Shown here: positions 45,423 to 61,100 of the stretch, piece after piece | Position numbering within the stretch: the stretch's first letter is position 1 | Layout of the letters: each line of letters begins with the position of its first letter | NCBI GenBank assembly: GCA_965203295.1 | Contig: CBDBCZ010000013.1 | Span: 608,001-672,000 of the forward strand | Origin: Nitrospirales bacterium | Lineage (GTDB): Bacteria > Nitrospirota > Nitrospiria > Nitrospirales > UBA8639 | Reading direction: 5' to 3' | DNA length: 64,000 nt | Made by a program: the position numbers and the translations under genes | Notes under the pieces: generated by a model | Told to the model about the DNA's origin: nothing | Seen by the model: only the letters and a program-made list of their open reading frames with translations | Databases searched by the model: none

Positions 45423-46659
45423 TCTGACTCGCGAAAAATCAGCGACTGCGTATTAAATTAAACTGTAGCTAGCTGATTTATATTGGGGCGAGACTGAGCT
45501 GTACGCTAAGGTTGCTGTATTATATGTATTATTCATGATGATGTCATCGGTCTGGCAGGCCATTTGAGATACATGTACATGCTAGAGCGTAACCGCTGTG
45601 CATAATCGAATACATGTACTTAACCAATTATTATTGTTCACCCTCAGGTAAGGGAAAACGAGTACATGCAGCCATACACTATAATAGTAACAATGTACGC
45701 GACAAAACTGCATTGTATAAGCTATATAACAGTACATGTACATGGTCTTGTAAGTAGAATCAAACCATAGTGAGTGACAAGGCCAATGACAGGTGTTGTA
45801 CAGCCTGACCACCATCACAAAACCTACAGCACAGCTACAGATCAAGTTCCATTGGCCACACAAGGTCTCCTACAGACTGCAACAGAGACATCACATAGCT
45901 ATAGAGTTACAGAAATGTTGGGTATATAGATTCTCTTGCAACATGTAGCTGGCTAGAACGGAGAAAATTATCCACCGGCCCAGTGATTCAAAAGATGGTT
46001 TAGCTATAGGCACGTTCAGCGCCTCTTTTGTCTCTGGACTCAACGGGGACAACCCTAGATCACTCCATTGTCTCTAGCATATCTAGGTACTAAGCCTCCA
46101 GTGTCATTCTCGAGACTTTGGCTTGAAACTTGCAGACAGACTGAATGTTCACCGCAAAATCTCCAGGGTGAATTCCAAACTGAAGTCAAGTTGCATCAGA
46201 TTCAGTTGCAGTCCATGCATTGATCCACGCAGCATCCCAATCCTGCTCACTAAATAATAGAGGGCTGAGATTACATCGATCCTTGCACAAGTATATTAAC
46301 TTAATATCTAATGTGAATATAGCTAGCTATATACTTAACTTCCAAAGTCTACAGCTAGACTTAGCTAAGTACTGTATCCCACCATTCAACCCAATAGTTA
46401 GTTTATAAATATTGCTCATGCACTTCTATCCAAGCAATGTCATGGTTTGGTTCCGCCTCTTTTCTGGTACAAGCGATCATTAGTTGCTTTCTGGATATGC
46501 AATATGGTATGGCAGCGGGGGTAATGCAGTATTAGGGCAAACAAAACTCACCAGCTACAATTGAAGTAGCTAACCTATAGCTAATTGAGATAACCTTCTC
46601 TTTTTTCAGTGTACCACCTAATTTGCAAAAAAAAAACAGAAGAAAACTGCGCTATGAAG

Positions 46660-47150
46660 GTAGCTACCCCATTGCGCTGGGACTTGCATCCACTCCGGTT
46701 TTGTAGGTTATGTCTGTCATGTACAGAACTGTAGCTATACTCAAGATGTGAGAGACAGAGTTTAAATACAATGGAAGGGGAAGAGAAACTGAAGTGATAA
46801 AGATAACAACAAGAGTGGAAAGAAGCAAGGCTAAATGTAGAAGATCTCAAAGAAATGAACATGCATGATTAGTCATCTTTTGTTTTAGAAGAGTTTATAG
46901 TAGCCAATAAAATGTGATGGGATCCAGGAAGAAAAAAAACATATAGGATCAATGTTTAATTAGAATCGCAAGGTTGAAAACATTGTTTGCTTAGTATGTA
47001 GAGGGAGGGACAGGAATGTCAAATTAAAGAAGAGAATTAAGAGGACCAAGAATGAAGCCTGGGTACTCCAGAATGTACATTCTCACTTTTAGAAGAAAAC
47101 AAAAACCTGTAATTAAGTTTATTAGAGAAAAACCGTTCAACTTGCCTATC
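46660..47150 (-). mobile_element. Highly degraded LINE ORF2 relic
   Basis: The - strand reads ...TCTGGAGTACCCAGGCTTCATTCTTGGTCCTCTT (SGVPQGSILGPL-like, frameshifted) near 47040-47075 and 'SHLEYS' near 46740. Confidence 0.5.
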
Positions 47151-47348
47151 CTATAATTTAATTTAGACATAGCACTAGCATTAAATATGAGTTGCTTTTG
47201 TTAAATACCTAATTAGCTATAGTTGTAGTATTCCCACCCTTGAAGTCCTAGTTTTAGTAGTTAACTAAATCTGTTTTTGCCTCTACTAAAAGATGTTAAA
47301 TCTGCTTTCAGTTTCAGTTAACTGGGAATGAGGCTACTTTATAGTTAA

Positions 47349-47496
47349 CCCTTTACCAACCATAAGAAACAGATTAAAGAAGCAGAAAAGCCTGTACATG
47401 TACAAAGTATTAACACCTAATATTAAAACCCCATATAGATTCATATGGGCTTATGGGAGCTCATGACGCACATATGCGTCATTGGTTGGTAAAGAG
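47349..47496. mobile_element. piggyBac-type MITE
   Basis: TTAA-CCCTTTACCAACCA ... TGGTTGGTAAAGAG-TTAA: TTAA target duplication, 14-bp TIR and internal palindromes. Confidence 0.75.
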
Positions 47497-48090
47497 TTAA
47501 ACCACCCCTAGGCACATTTACCAGTGCATGTAATACATGAGACAGTTCCAGGTAGCTAAACCCCGAGAGAGAAGCCCGAGGGGTATACTGAAGGGGAACT
47601 GTCGAGTGTATTACTGGTAAATGAGTCTGTGGGCGGGGGGCTAACAGTGATAGTTATACAACTGCAACTACACTGCAAAAATGCCAGTGCCGAAACAGCA
47701 CGCGGACAAGCCGAGCATGCGTGTTGTTCATCAGATCTCGTGTTGAAACGGCACATCGCCCGATACGCGAGTGTTGCATCAACCCTCCGTGTGGAATTAG
47801 CACATCGCTATGTGCTAAAAAGCTGTAGGGGCGGAGCTAGTCTCGTGCCCAGACCTTGGCTCTTCCCCATAATCGTATCCCGAGGGGAGGAGCCGAAATG
47901 TAGCTCAAAAATTTGATAATTAGCGCAGGTCCTCTTCCTTTCTTTTTTGCAGCTGTGTTCTCTTTGGCCTGGGCAATTTCTACTCTCGCGCAAATGTAAT
48001 GTATCCACTCACAGTCGCCTACGGACCAATCCACTATTCTTCTCATCTGGCGAAATGACTGTTTTGTAACTGCTACAAGTAGCTGTGGGA

Positions 48091-48237
48091 ATAAGTATAG
48101 GATATATCACGCCTACTCGGAGTATAAACGCAGATATACTCCGCTAGACGGTTTACCCAAGGCGATAGCCGAGGGTAAACAGCCTAGCGGAGTATATCGC
48201 GTTTATACTCCGAGTAGGCGTGGTATATCCGGCTTAT
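48091..48237. repeat. Long near-perfect hairpin (~60-bp arms), probably part of a palindromic non-autonomous element
   Basis: GGATATATCACGCCTACTCGGAGTATAAACGC...GCGTTTATACTCCGAGTAGGCGTGGTATATCC. It is followed by a 29-bp unit x~3 at ~48320-48405. Confidence 0.85.
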
Positions 48238-49138
48238 ACAACATTTGACCAATCAGTGGAGTAGGTACCTGGAAACGCTGGGCTAGCATTCCCAGAGGCA
48301 GTAGTTATTTACGATGTCATAATACATGAAAACATAAAAGTAGTATAATAAAACATGAAAACATAAAAGTAGTATAATAAAACATGAAAACATAAACGTA
48401 GTATATGACCCTTTATACTCCGCTTCTGCTCCAATCAAACACCTTGGATGTGATGTAATGTGGTATAAGTGTTAATTTAGATACCCTGGGTTGCATATAT
48501 TCTGTACATTAATTTTTTATACCAGAATTGAGAGTGTATGCATGAATTAGTCTTAGGTTGTTGAGACTACGTACAAACTTCACAATTCATTTCATGGAGA
48601 TGGAGAAGTATATATATATGTACACACCACAACTACTATAAAACTCGATTGAACACTATGCAGTTACTGCAACAGCTTGAACCTCCAGATCCCCCTCATG
48701 CTAGCAATAGTGTTATGGTGGTCCATTGAACAACCCACTGCACAGGCAAACGAGGCACCAAAAACTGCAAAATGAAGCACAATAGTGCTGCACAACTTGC
48801 ATAGCATTTGGGAGTTTCAAGATATGTCTCAGTGATTGTCTGAGGAAGTCACTTCTCATGAAGCTCCATACTACGTAACAGTCATGCAGAGTGAGGTTTA
48901 ACGCATGGATGTGTTATATATATTACTAGATAACAAACATTCTACTGTAAAATTATAATGCAGAATATAAACTAAATAAAGTAATAGGCATACAAGAGGG
49001 TGGTTCAGTCACTAAGGATGCTTGTACTTGACACACTACAATGCAATAAACTATAATAAGCGTGCATATAAAATACGCATGCAGATGCACGACTGTAGAT
49101 CAGCCACACACTACACAACTAATAAAAGAGCAGCCCAG

Positions 49139-53548
<4,410 letters not shown>

Positions 53549-55269
53549 TTCTTGTTGCGTGTAATAAAAGCGTTACAAGCGCCAACAAATGGCGAGCCCA
53601 ACAATTACGTCTTTACTACGCACACCCTCTGTGTATAGTAAGCATGTATATGCGCATGCGCACTCAATGTATAGGCGGGGATCTAGACCTTGTGCACCTG
53701 TATGACTGCTCCTGTGTACATCAGAAATTGTTGTTGGGGCACCTGCTGATGCAGCATAGTGACTCCTTGTGCTTGGCCCATGCAAGCAGGTGGTATCTTC
53801 TGTATTAGGTATCAAGGGTAATTCCATGCCAAATCAACACAAAAAAAATGACGACCCTCTCAGATTTCCACGAAACTTGGTACATATGTACCCTATGTGA
53901 AGTTATTAATCCACAGTGATTATTAGCCTCATACGTGGTATGGCTTCTGTGTTACAGCCAGCCAAAAACTCAATTTTTCGTCAAATTTTCGGCTACCTGT
54001 TTCTACATAATTGACCATAACTATTACTACGATTGTCTGTGCAAGATGAACATTGCACCATCTTGTACATTAGTAGATACCCTTTCAGCTGATATAGTGC
54101 AAGTGATAATTTGATTATGTTGAGGTCAAAGGTTATGGTGTATATACTTGACCTTTGCCCCCTTGAAAAACGGATTCTTCAATTGTTCTAATTTTTTCCC
54201 AAATGTTCTCTAGATCTTCATGTTGAGATGGTATTATTTTATTTTAATTTTGGGACTGCCATGGGATTAGGAGATACAGAGAGTAGAGTAATAGCCAGTA
54301 GGGTGTTTTTCATGTATGTCCACACATACCTGGGATTTGTTTTGGTGTGAGGTCAAGTACTACATGATTGGGTGAGCAGACTGGTTTAATACACTCATTT
54401 TACATGTAGTGAGTTATAGTTTTGTATATTCCTGAACGTAGATGGGAGTGGAGCTGCACAAATCCACAAGATTCCCGCAATCAAACAGAGCTCTCACACT
54501 TGAGACACTGCTGTGAAAGGGGATGAAGCAAAAGTTAAGTTTCGTGTACACCACTGACTGCATGGTGGTGCCACTGTGACCTGGCTATCAAATTTTCTAC
54601 CAGCACAATATTAGTGTGATTGTGAATTCAAGTGTGCCCTAATATATTATTAATAGTATAATATGATGATCAATCCTGAACCAAACATCACTTTTCCCTT
54701 CACAATGGTGGCACTCTCTGAACACCTCTCAAGTGAAGTGGTTGGTCCTATCTTCCCAATTATTACAGGTATGGGCCTCACAGTACCGGTATGGCATCGG
54801 TATGTCAATTTTTCTTCCAGCTCAGTGCAAAGCATACATAGAACTGTTTCATGTGAAATATACTGAGCATTCATACAAAATATTGTATAGTTCATAATTA
54901 TAGTATCGTTAATGTTAAATTAAATAACTTAGCTGTATGAAAGAACTTGCAGTAGCTGCCATGAGTGAACTTAGCTATGTTATGAGAAATCTGTATTGTT
55001 TGAATAGTTTGTTTTGCTCACAGAAACAATAAGTTACTGAGGTGAATAATAGTCACCTATCAAACTGTTTACATGTACAGACAAACCATTTTGCACATGT
55101 ATTCTCTTTTTATGACTTACGGTCATGGTGCTTAGTCACAACACACATGTTTTTTTTATGGTATGGTTTTAATAAAGGTCAATGCATATAGATTTGGAAC
55201 TTAACCACTAATTATGGGAGAGTTATGACTGGGTGACAATTCTAGTTACCAGTGCAATAAATGGTTCCT

Positions 55270-56150
55270 TCTCATAAATCTCGTGTCTTACCTGGTGTTC
55301 TTTAAGGCTCTATCCTTGTACCTTTTCCTTTTCATTAATAGCCGATCCAATAATACCTCTTCTCTCCTCTGCTAAATTAACTATGTATGCTGATGATATT
55401 CTGCTATCTCATTCAATTAACTCTCCTTCTGATTTTCCCTCTATTCAGTCTAACCTTAACTTCATTTCATCCTGGTTTTCTTCAAATTTACTCACAGTTA
55501 GCTAGTTCTTCTAAAACTATCGTCTTCCTTAAAAGTACGCCTTTTCTTTTGCCACTTTCCCCACTGTACATTAACAATTCTCAACTTATTAACTCGTTAC
55601 ATATTATAAATATCTTGGTGTTCAAATCTTTCCTGGTCTTTTCATATTCAGCACATCTGATCTAAATCTAGAAAATTAATTGGCTTTCTCTTATGTCTTT
55701 CTCTATAGTGCTTATTCGCCCCCATCTGGAGTATTTGCTCCACAGTGTGGGACCCATCCTCTCCCTCCTTCATCTCTTGATAAACTACAATACTCATGCA
55801 TTATTGACAAACTCTGTTCTAAACAATGGTCTTCTCCCTACTCCTCTCTGCTCCAATTCTTCAACTATCCTTCTCTTAGTCTTCACCGTCAGTATACTCT
55901 AAAGTTACTTTTCTATTAAAGGTTCTTCATGGTCTTACTTTTTTCATTCTGGCTCTATTAATTTGCACCACTTTCCTCATATGTCTTTTCGCTCCTTTCA
56001 CCCTCTGAACTTACACAATCCCTTTGCTCAATCTTCTGCTTACCTGAATTCTTTCGCCCCAAGTGTTTGTCGTCTCTGGAATTGTCTACCTATAGCTCTT
56101 AAGGTCTGCCCATCCCTCCCAAGTTTTGAATTTCATTTACGTAAATATAA
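55270..56150 (+). mobile_element. 5'-truncated, degraded CR1/L2-group LINE (RT 3' half)
   Basis: 'LTMYADDILL' (RT YADD) at ~55380, 'YKYLG' at ~55605, 'LIRPHLEY' at ~55710 and 'SFAPSVCRLWNCLP' at ~56050, with multiple frameshifts. Confidence 0.8.
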
Positions 56151-56708
56151 TTTTGTGTGTTTAGTTAGCATATTGTTCATGTGCATTATTGCTATTGTCG
56201 ATCTTTTTGTTCCCGGCTGTTTTTTTTAGACATGAAATGTCAGACTTGTTTCAGAGCCACCACAACTCCAAATAACCTCGTACCAAGGGCTAAACTCCAA
56301 AAGATTCGCTAAATCTAATCAGCGTTTCGTTATAGATTTTCTTTCAAACGGAAGTTGATACAAGGAAACAAGATGTTATTACAAGATAACGAGATGTTAT
56401 TACAAGATAACATAATACGTAACGACACATGTTTCCCTGTATATTGCGTAATGTTACACATGCTTCCAGGACTTGCTAGTGCGTATTTTCAAGCTAGCTT
56501 GGAGCTGGAGACTCCGAAAATCCACCAAGGTGAGATATTTTGTTAATGCAGAAGAGCTCATTTCGCGCAGCCACTATTTGTACTTCCTGTATATTCATGA
56601 GACCCCGGCCTGACTACTAATTTAACTGAAAATGCTGGAGCAACCTACAAGTAGGTTTTCTTTTGAGCTACCTGCATATGGGCCGCGTAGAAATATGGAA
56701 GGGTGTGT

Positions 56709-56739
<31 letters not shown>

Positions 56740-57466
56740 GATCTAAAACTTTTGTGTTCTGGAACCCAACTTATCACATCCCTTGGGATTCTCACTAATC
56801 AGAGGAGGTACGTCAAGGTTTGAATTATGCATTACGTCATGCACGATTAATTGCGTTCTTTTAGCTATTACGCATGCGTACAAGTGCAGTTGGCGGCTAA
56901 AACCTCGATTTTCTCGCTATTTTGCCCGGAGCTCAGAGGGGCTCAGCCGCTCAAAAGGCTTACTTTTGAAGGCAAAATCATGGACCTAAAGATCGGGCTG
57001 AACTGCAAGAGTATAGCTATCGGTAAGCCACTCGCCAGAAGTACGGTAGATGCCTACAGTGTTGGTAGAAAGTATTGACTGTTCATTTATAGCAGTCACT
57101 AGCTGGAATACCTCTCGAAAAAGTAACGCACAAACGCACAGATCCTTTCTTCCAAATAAAATATACTTACTGGTCATGTGACTAGTTGCCTCTTAGCACG
57201 TGATGCTGGCCTCTGCTCACTAACGATAGCCTACGCGCATGTCCCTTGATGGTTTTGGTTTAATAAGTTACTCCATGCTCATACCATATTTATGCTGCCA
57301 TTGATGTCTTAGCACATGTTCATTGAATAGGTACATGTATGGTGTATGATAGTAGCTAGCTATATGTGAGATATGAGCACATTTTTTCTCACACACACAT
57401 CTATATTAAAGACGTCACATAACACACAAGGACACAAAACAAATTATAAATAGGCAGCAGCATGAG

Positions 57467-57859
57467 TAGTCTCGGCCCCAGACCCTCTCTGCACTCATAA
57501 AAAAAAAAAAGAAGGAAAGTGCCAGAAGAGGATCTGGTGCAGTTGATACAGAAGGCCTCCATGGGATGTAGCTTATATGGCTCACTGTGGGTGAGAGAAT
57601 TGAGGCGGGAAGTTCCAAAGTTAAGTGAGTGCTAAAAACTTGTGTAAACAGTGCAAAGCTATATCCACAGCGGTGTGTGAGAAGTGGGAAGCGTGAATAT
57701 TCCAAACGTCATTAGTTCCCGATCAACCAATCAGATTCGACCCTCTGAAATTCCGCGGACTGCAAATTATTCCGTATCAACTGCACCAGACCCTCTTCCG
57801 CACTTTCCTTTTTTTTTTTTTTTTTTTGCGAGTGCAGGGAGGGTCTGGGGCCGAGACTA
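57467..57859. mobile_element. Non-autonomous Academ(H)-like DNA transposon
   Basis: TIRs TAGTCTCGGCCCCAGACCCTC / GAGGGTCTGGGGCCGAGACTA extend imperfectly to ~80 bp. A perfect 9-bp TSD CAGCATGAG lies at 57458-57466 and 57860-57868. Termini are TAG..CTA. Confidence 0.85.
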
Positions 57860-57922
57860 CAGCATGAGCAGAAATGAGCAGAAGTGAGCAAAAGTGGGCT
57901 GTGAATGTGTTCTGGTTAGATT

Positions 57923-58138
57923 TGTAATGGACATAACTGACCATTCTTATACCTTACAATGATTGACCATTCAACTGACAATGCACTTGTACTAGACTGT
58001 CCTCTGGTTGTGTCTACCTGTATGCACCTGCAAAATATGACTATAAATACCGACTGTATTTCATGATATTGATGATCCTCGCTGAGTTGCTATACGAAGT
58101 GCTGCCGTGGCGCGGGATGGTGCGCAGAGTCCTTTACA
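57923..58138 (+). mobile_element. 5' LTR of a Ty3/Gypsy retrotransposon (~216 bp)
   Basis: TGTAATGG ... CCTTTACA inverted termini, a TATAAAT box at ~58042, and an immediately following PBS. The second LTR lies outside the window, so the start is inferred. Confidence 0.75.
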
Positions 58139-58140
58139 AG

Positions 58141-58158
58141 TGGGGGCTTGTCCGGGAT
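58141..58158 (+). promoter_or_regulatory. Primer-binding site complementary to the tRNA-Pro 3' end
   Basis: TGGGGGCTTGTCCGGGAT differs from the canonical tRNA-Pro PBS TGGGGGCTCGTCCGGGAT at one position, and lies 2 nt after the LTR end. Confidence 0.88.
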
Positions 58159-58172
58159 ACGAAGGCGCGCTA

Positions 58173-61100
58173 ATGGCGACGAAGCAGCAGCTGAAGTCAC
58201 AGCTAGACTCTCTGCGGAGCGAGAACCAGCGGTTGGAGGAGCTGGTGGATGACTTGCGCACGGAAAATCCCGAGCGAATGCGGATGGCCGAGATAGTTGA
58301 CAGAATGGAAGAGAGAGCAAATACGGCAGAAATGGAAGTCAAGCGATTGAGAGAAGAACAGTCGCACGAAGAGTTGGAGCGACTCCGAGCTATGGCGGCG
58401 CAACAAGCCAAATGGGAAGCCAGGGAGCAGCGTCTGGAGGCCCAATTAGTTGCGACCGAGCGCCGAGTACAGGAAATGTCTGACCGTACTGTTCGGCGGG
58501 ATTGGGAAACCGAGGAGCTGGCCCATACACCCGAGCTGCAGCCACCCGCGGATGACCTGCCTAGGAGAGAGCCTGAATACGAACTCCTGCAGCCCAGGGA
58601 AGGACCACTGCACTGTGATGAAAGGAAGTCTCCACCACCCCTGGTTCACTACCAGACGCCTGGTCTACGGAGAGAGCTGGAGCAGTTCCCACAGACGGCA
58701 GCTGGAGTTCCGGTCACAGCGCAGCAGATGCCTGGTCTACGGAGAGAACTGGAGCAGTTCCCACAGACGGCAGCTGGAGTTCCGGTCACAGCGCAGCAGA
58801 TGCCTGGTCTACGGAGAGAACTGGAGCAGTTCCCACAGACGGCAGCTGGAGTTCCGGTCACAGGGCAGCAGATGCCTGGTCTACGGAGAGAACTGGAGCA
58901 GTTCCCACAGACGGCAGCTGGAGTTCCGGTCACGGGGCAGCAGATGCCTGGTCTACGGAGAGAACTGGAGCAGTTCCCACAGACGGCAGCTGGAGTTCCG
59001 GTCACAGGGCAGCAGATGCCTGGTCTACGGAGTGAACTGGAGCAGTTCCCACAGACGGCAGCTGGAGTTCCGGTCACAGCGCAGCAGATGCCTGGTCTAC
59101 GGAGAGAACTGGAGCAGTTCCCACAGACGGCAGCTGGAGTTCCGGTCACAGCGCAGCAGATGCCTGGTCTACGGAGAGAACTGGAGCAGTTCCCACAGAC
59201 GGCAGCTGGAGTTCCGGTCACAGGGCAGCAGATGCCTGGTCTACGGAGAGAACTGGAGCAGTTCCCACAGACGGCAGCTGGAGTTCCGGTCACAGGGCAG
59301 CAGATGCCTGGTCTACGGAGAGAACTGGAGCAGTTCCCACAGACGGCAGCTGGAGTTCCGGTCACGGGGCAGCAGATGCCTGGTCTACGGAGAGAACTGG
59401 AGCAGTTCCCACAGACGGCAGCTGGAGTTCCGGTCACAGGGCAGCAGATGCCTGGTCTACGGAGTGAACTGGAGCAGTTCCCACAGACGGCAGCTGGAGT
59501 TCCGGTCACAGCGCAGCAGAAGCCTGGTCTACGGAGAGAACTGGAGCAGTTCCCACAGACGGCAGCTGGAGTTCCGGTCACAGGGCAGCAGATGCCTGGT
59601 CTACGGAGAGAGCTGGAGCAGTTCCCTCAGACGGCAGCTGGAGTTCCGGTCACAGCGCAGCAGATGCCTGGTCTACGGAGAGAGCTGGAGCAGTTCCCAC
59701 AGACGGCAGCTGGAGTTCCGGTCACAGCGCAGCAGATGCCTGGTCTACGGAGAGAGCTGGAGCAGTTCCCTCAGACGGCAGCTGGAGTTCCGGTCACAGC
59801 GCAGCAGATGCCTGGTCTACGGAGAGAACTGGAGCAGTTCCCACAGACGGCAGCTGGAGTTCCGGTCACAGGGCAGCAGATGCCTGGTCTACGGAGAGAG
59901 CTGGAGCAGATCGCACAGACGGCAGCTGGAGTTCCGGTCACAGCGCAGCAGATGCCTGGTCTACGGAGAGAGCTGGAGCAGTTCCCACAGACGGCAGCTG
60001 GAGTTCCGGTCACGGCGCAGCAGATGCCTGGTCTACGGAGAGAACTGGAGCAGTTCCCACAGACGGCAGCTGGAGTTCCGGTCACAGGGCAGCAGATGCC
60101 TGGTCTACGGAGAGAACTGGAGCAGTTCCCACAGACGGCTGCCGGGGACCGTGTGAGGATGGCACCTGCACAGGGGTCAGGACCGCTACAGAGAGGAGCA
60201 AAGCCCATGGTACCCACATGCAACTACATGTGTCTCTATGGTGAAGCCACCACATCCGACCGCTGGCCTACCTCTACAGTACCGCTAACGGCGACTCCTA
60301 TAGTTACCCCATCAGTGATCACTAGTACGGCGGTGCCCTTGCCTGTGACTTCCCCTCAAACACCTAATCAGCCTCGAGGAGAGCAACTGGGCCAGTCTCA
60401 GCCGAAATGCGAATTAACTGCAGCACTGGGGAACCTAACCCAACAGTTACCCCCTCTACCGATGTTCTCTGGAGATGACCCAGTACGTGACAGTGGAACA
60501 TTCCAAGAATGGTTGGATCAGTTTGAAATGGTTGGAGAATTGGCCCAGTGGAGCGATGGGGTCAAATTAAAGCAGCTGGTCCTAAGATTACGTGGATCAG
60601 CACGAGCATTTTATCGAACCCTTACAGAAGAGCAGAAGTGGAACTACCAGAGTTTGGTACAAGAACTGAAGAACCGTTTCACCCCTGTGCGAATCCAGGC
60701 TCTTGAGAGCAGTATCTTCCGCGAGAGAAGACAGAAGGTGGAAGAATCAGTTGACGCATATGCTCAAGATCTGCAACAACTGTTTCAAAAGGCATATCCC
60801 ACGGCTCTACAGGGAAGTGAAGATGCCCGAGTAATGGGCCAGTCAGTTCTGAGTAACCAGCTGATTGCAGGCCTGCTCCCAGAGCTGAAACGCAAGATCG
60901 CTTACATTGAGGGAGCCACTTTCTCAGAGCTGTGGCAGAAGGCCCGCTTCGAGGAAGCACGACTACTTGATCTGGCCAGGACTGGAACTAGGCCTGCTGC
61001 CATGCCATGGAAGCAACGGTTTCCCCGAGATGATGCACCGAAGCAAGAACAGTGGAAGCAACAGCCACCTCAGGGTAACTTACAAAGGCAGGAAAGATCA

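Noticed and set aside
53815..54900. Possible DNA-transposon end and exon-like patches upstream of paralog B
   Set aside because: No matching second TIR in the window and no recognisable protein motif, so there is too little support for a call.
58450..60223. 568-aa alternative-frame ORF and antisense ORFs over the 60-bp array (likewise 61794-62621)
   Set aside because: They are open only because the repeat unit lacks stops. The real frame is the gag-pol ORF from 58173.
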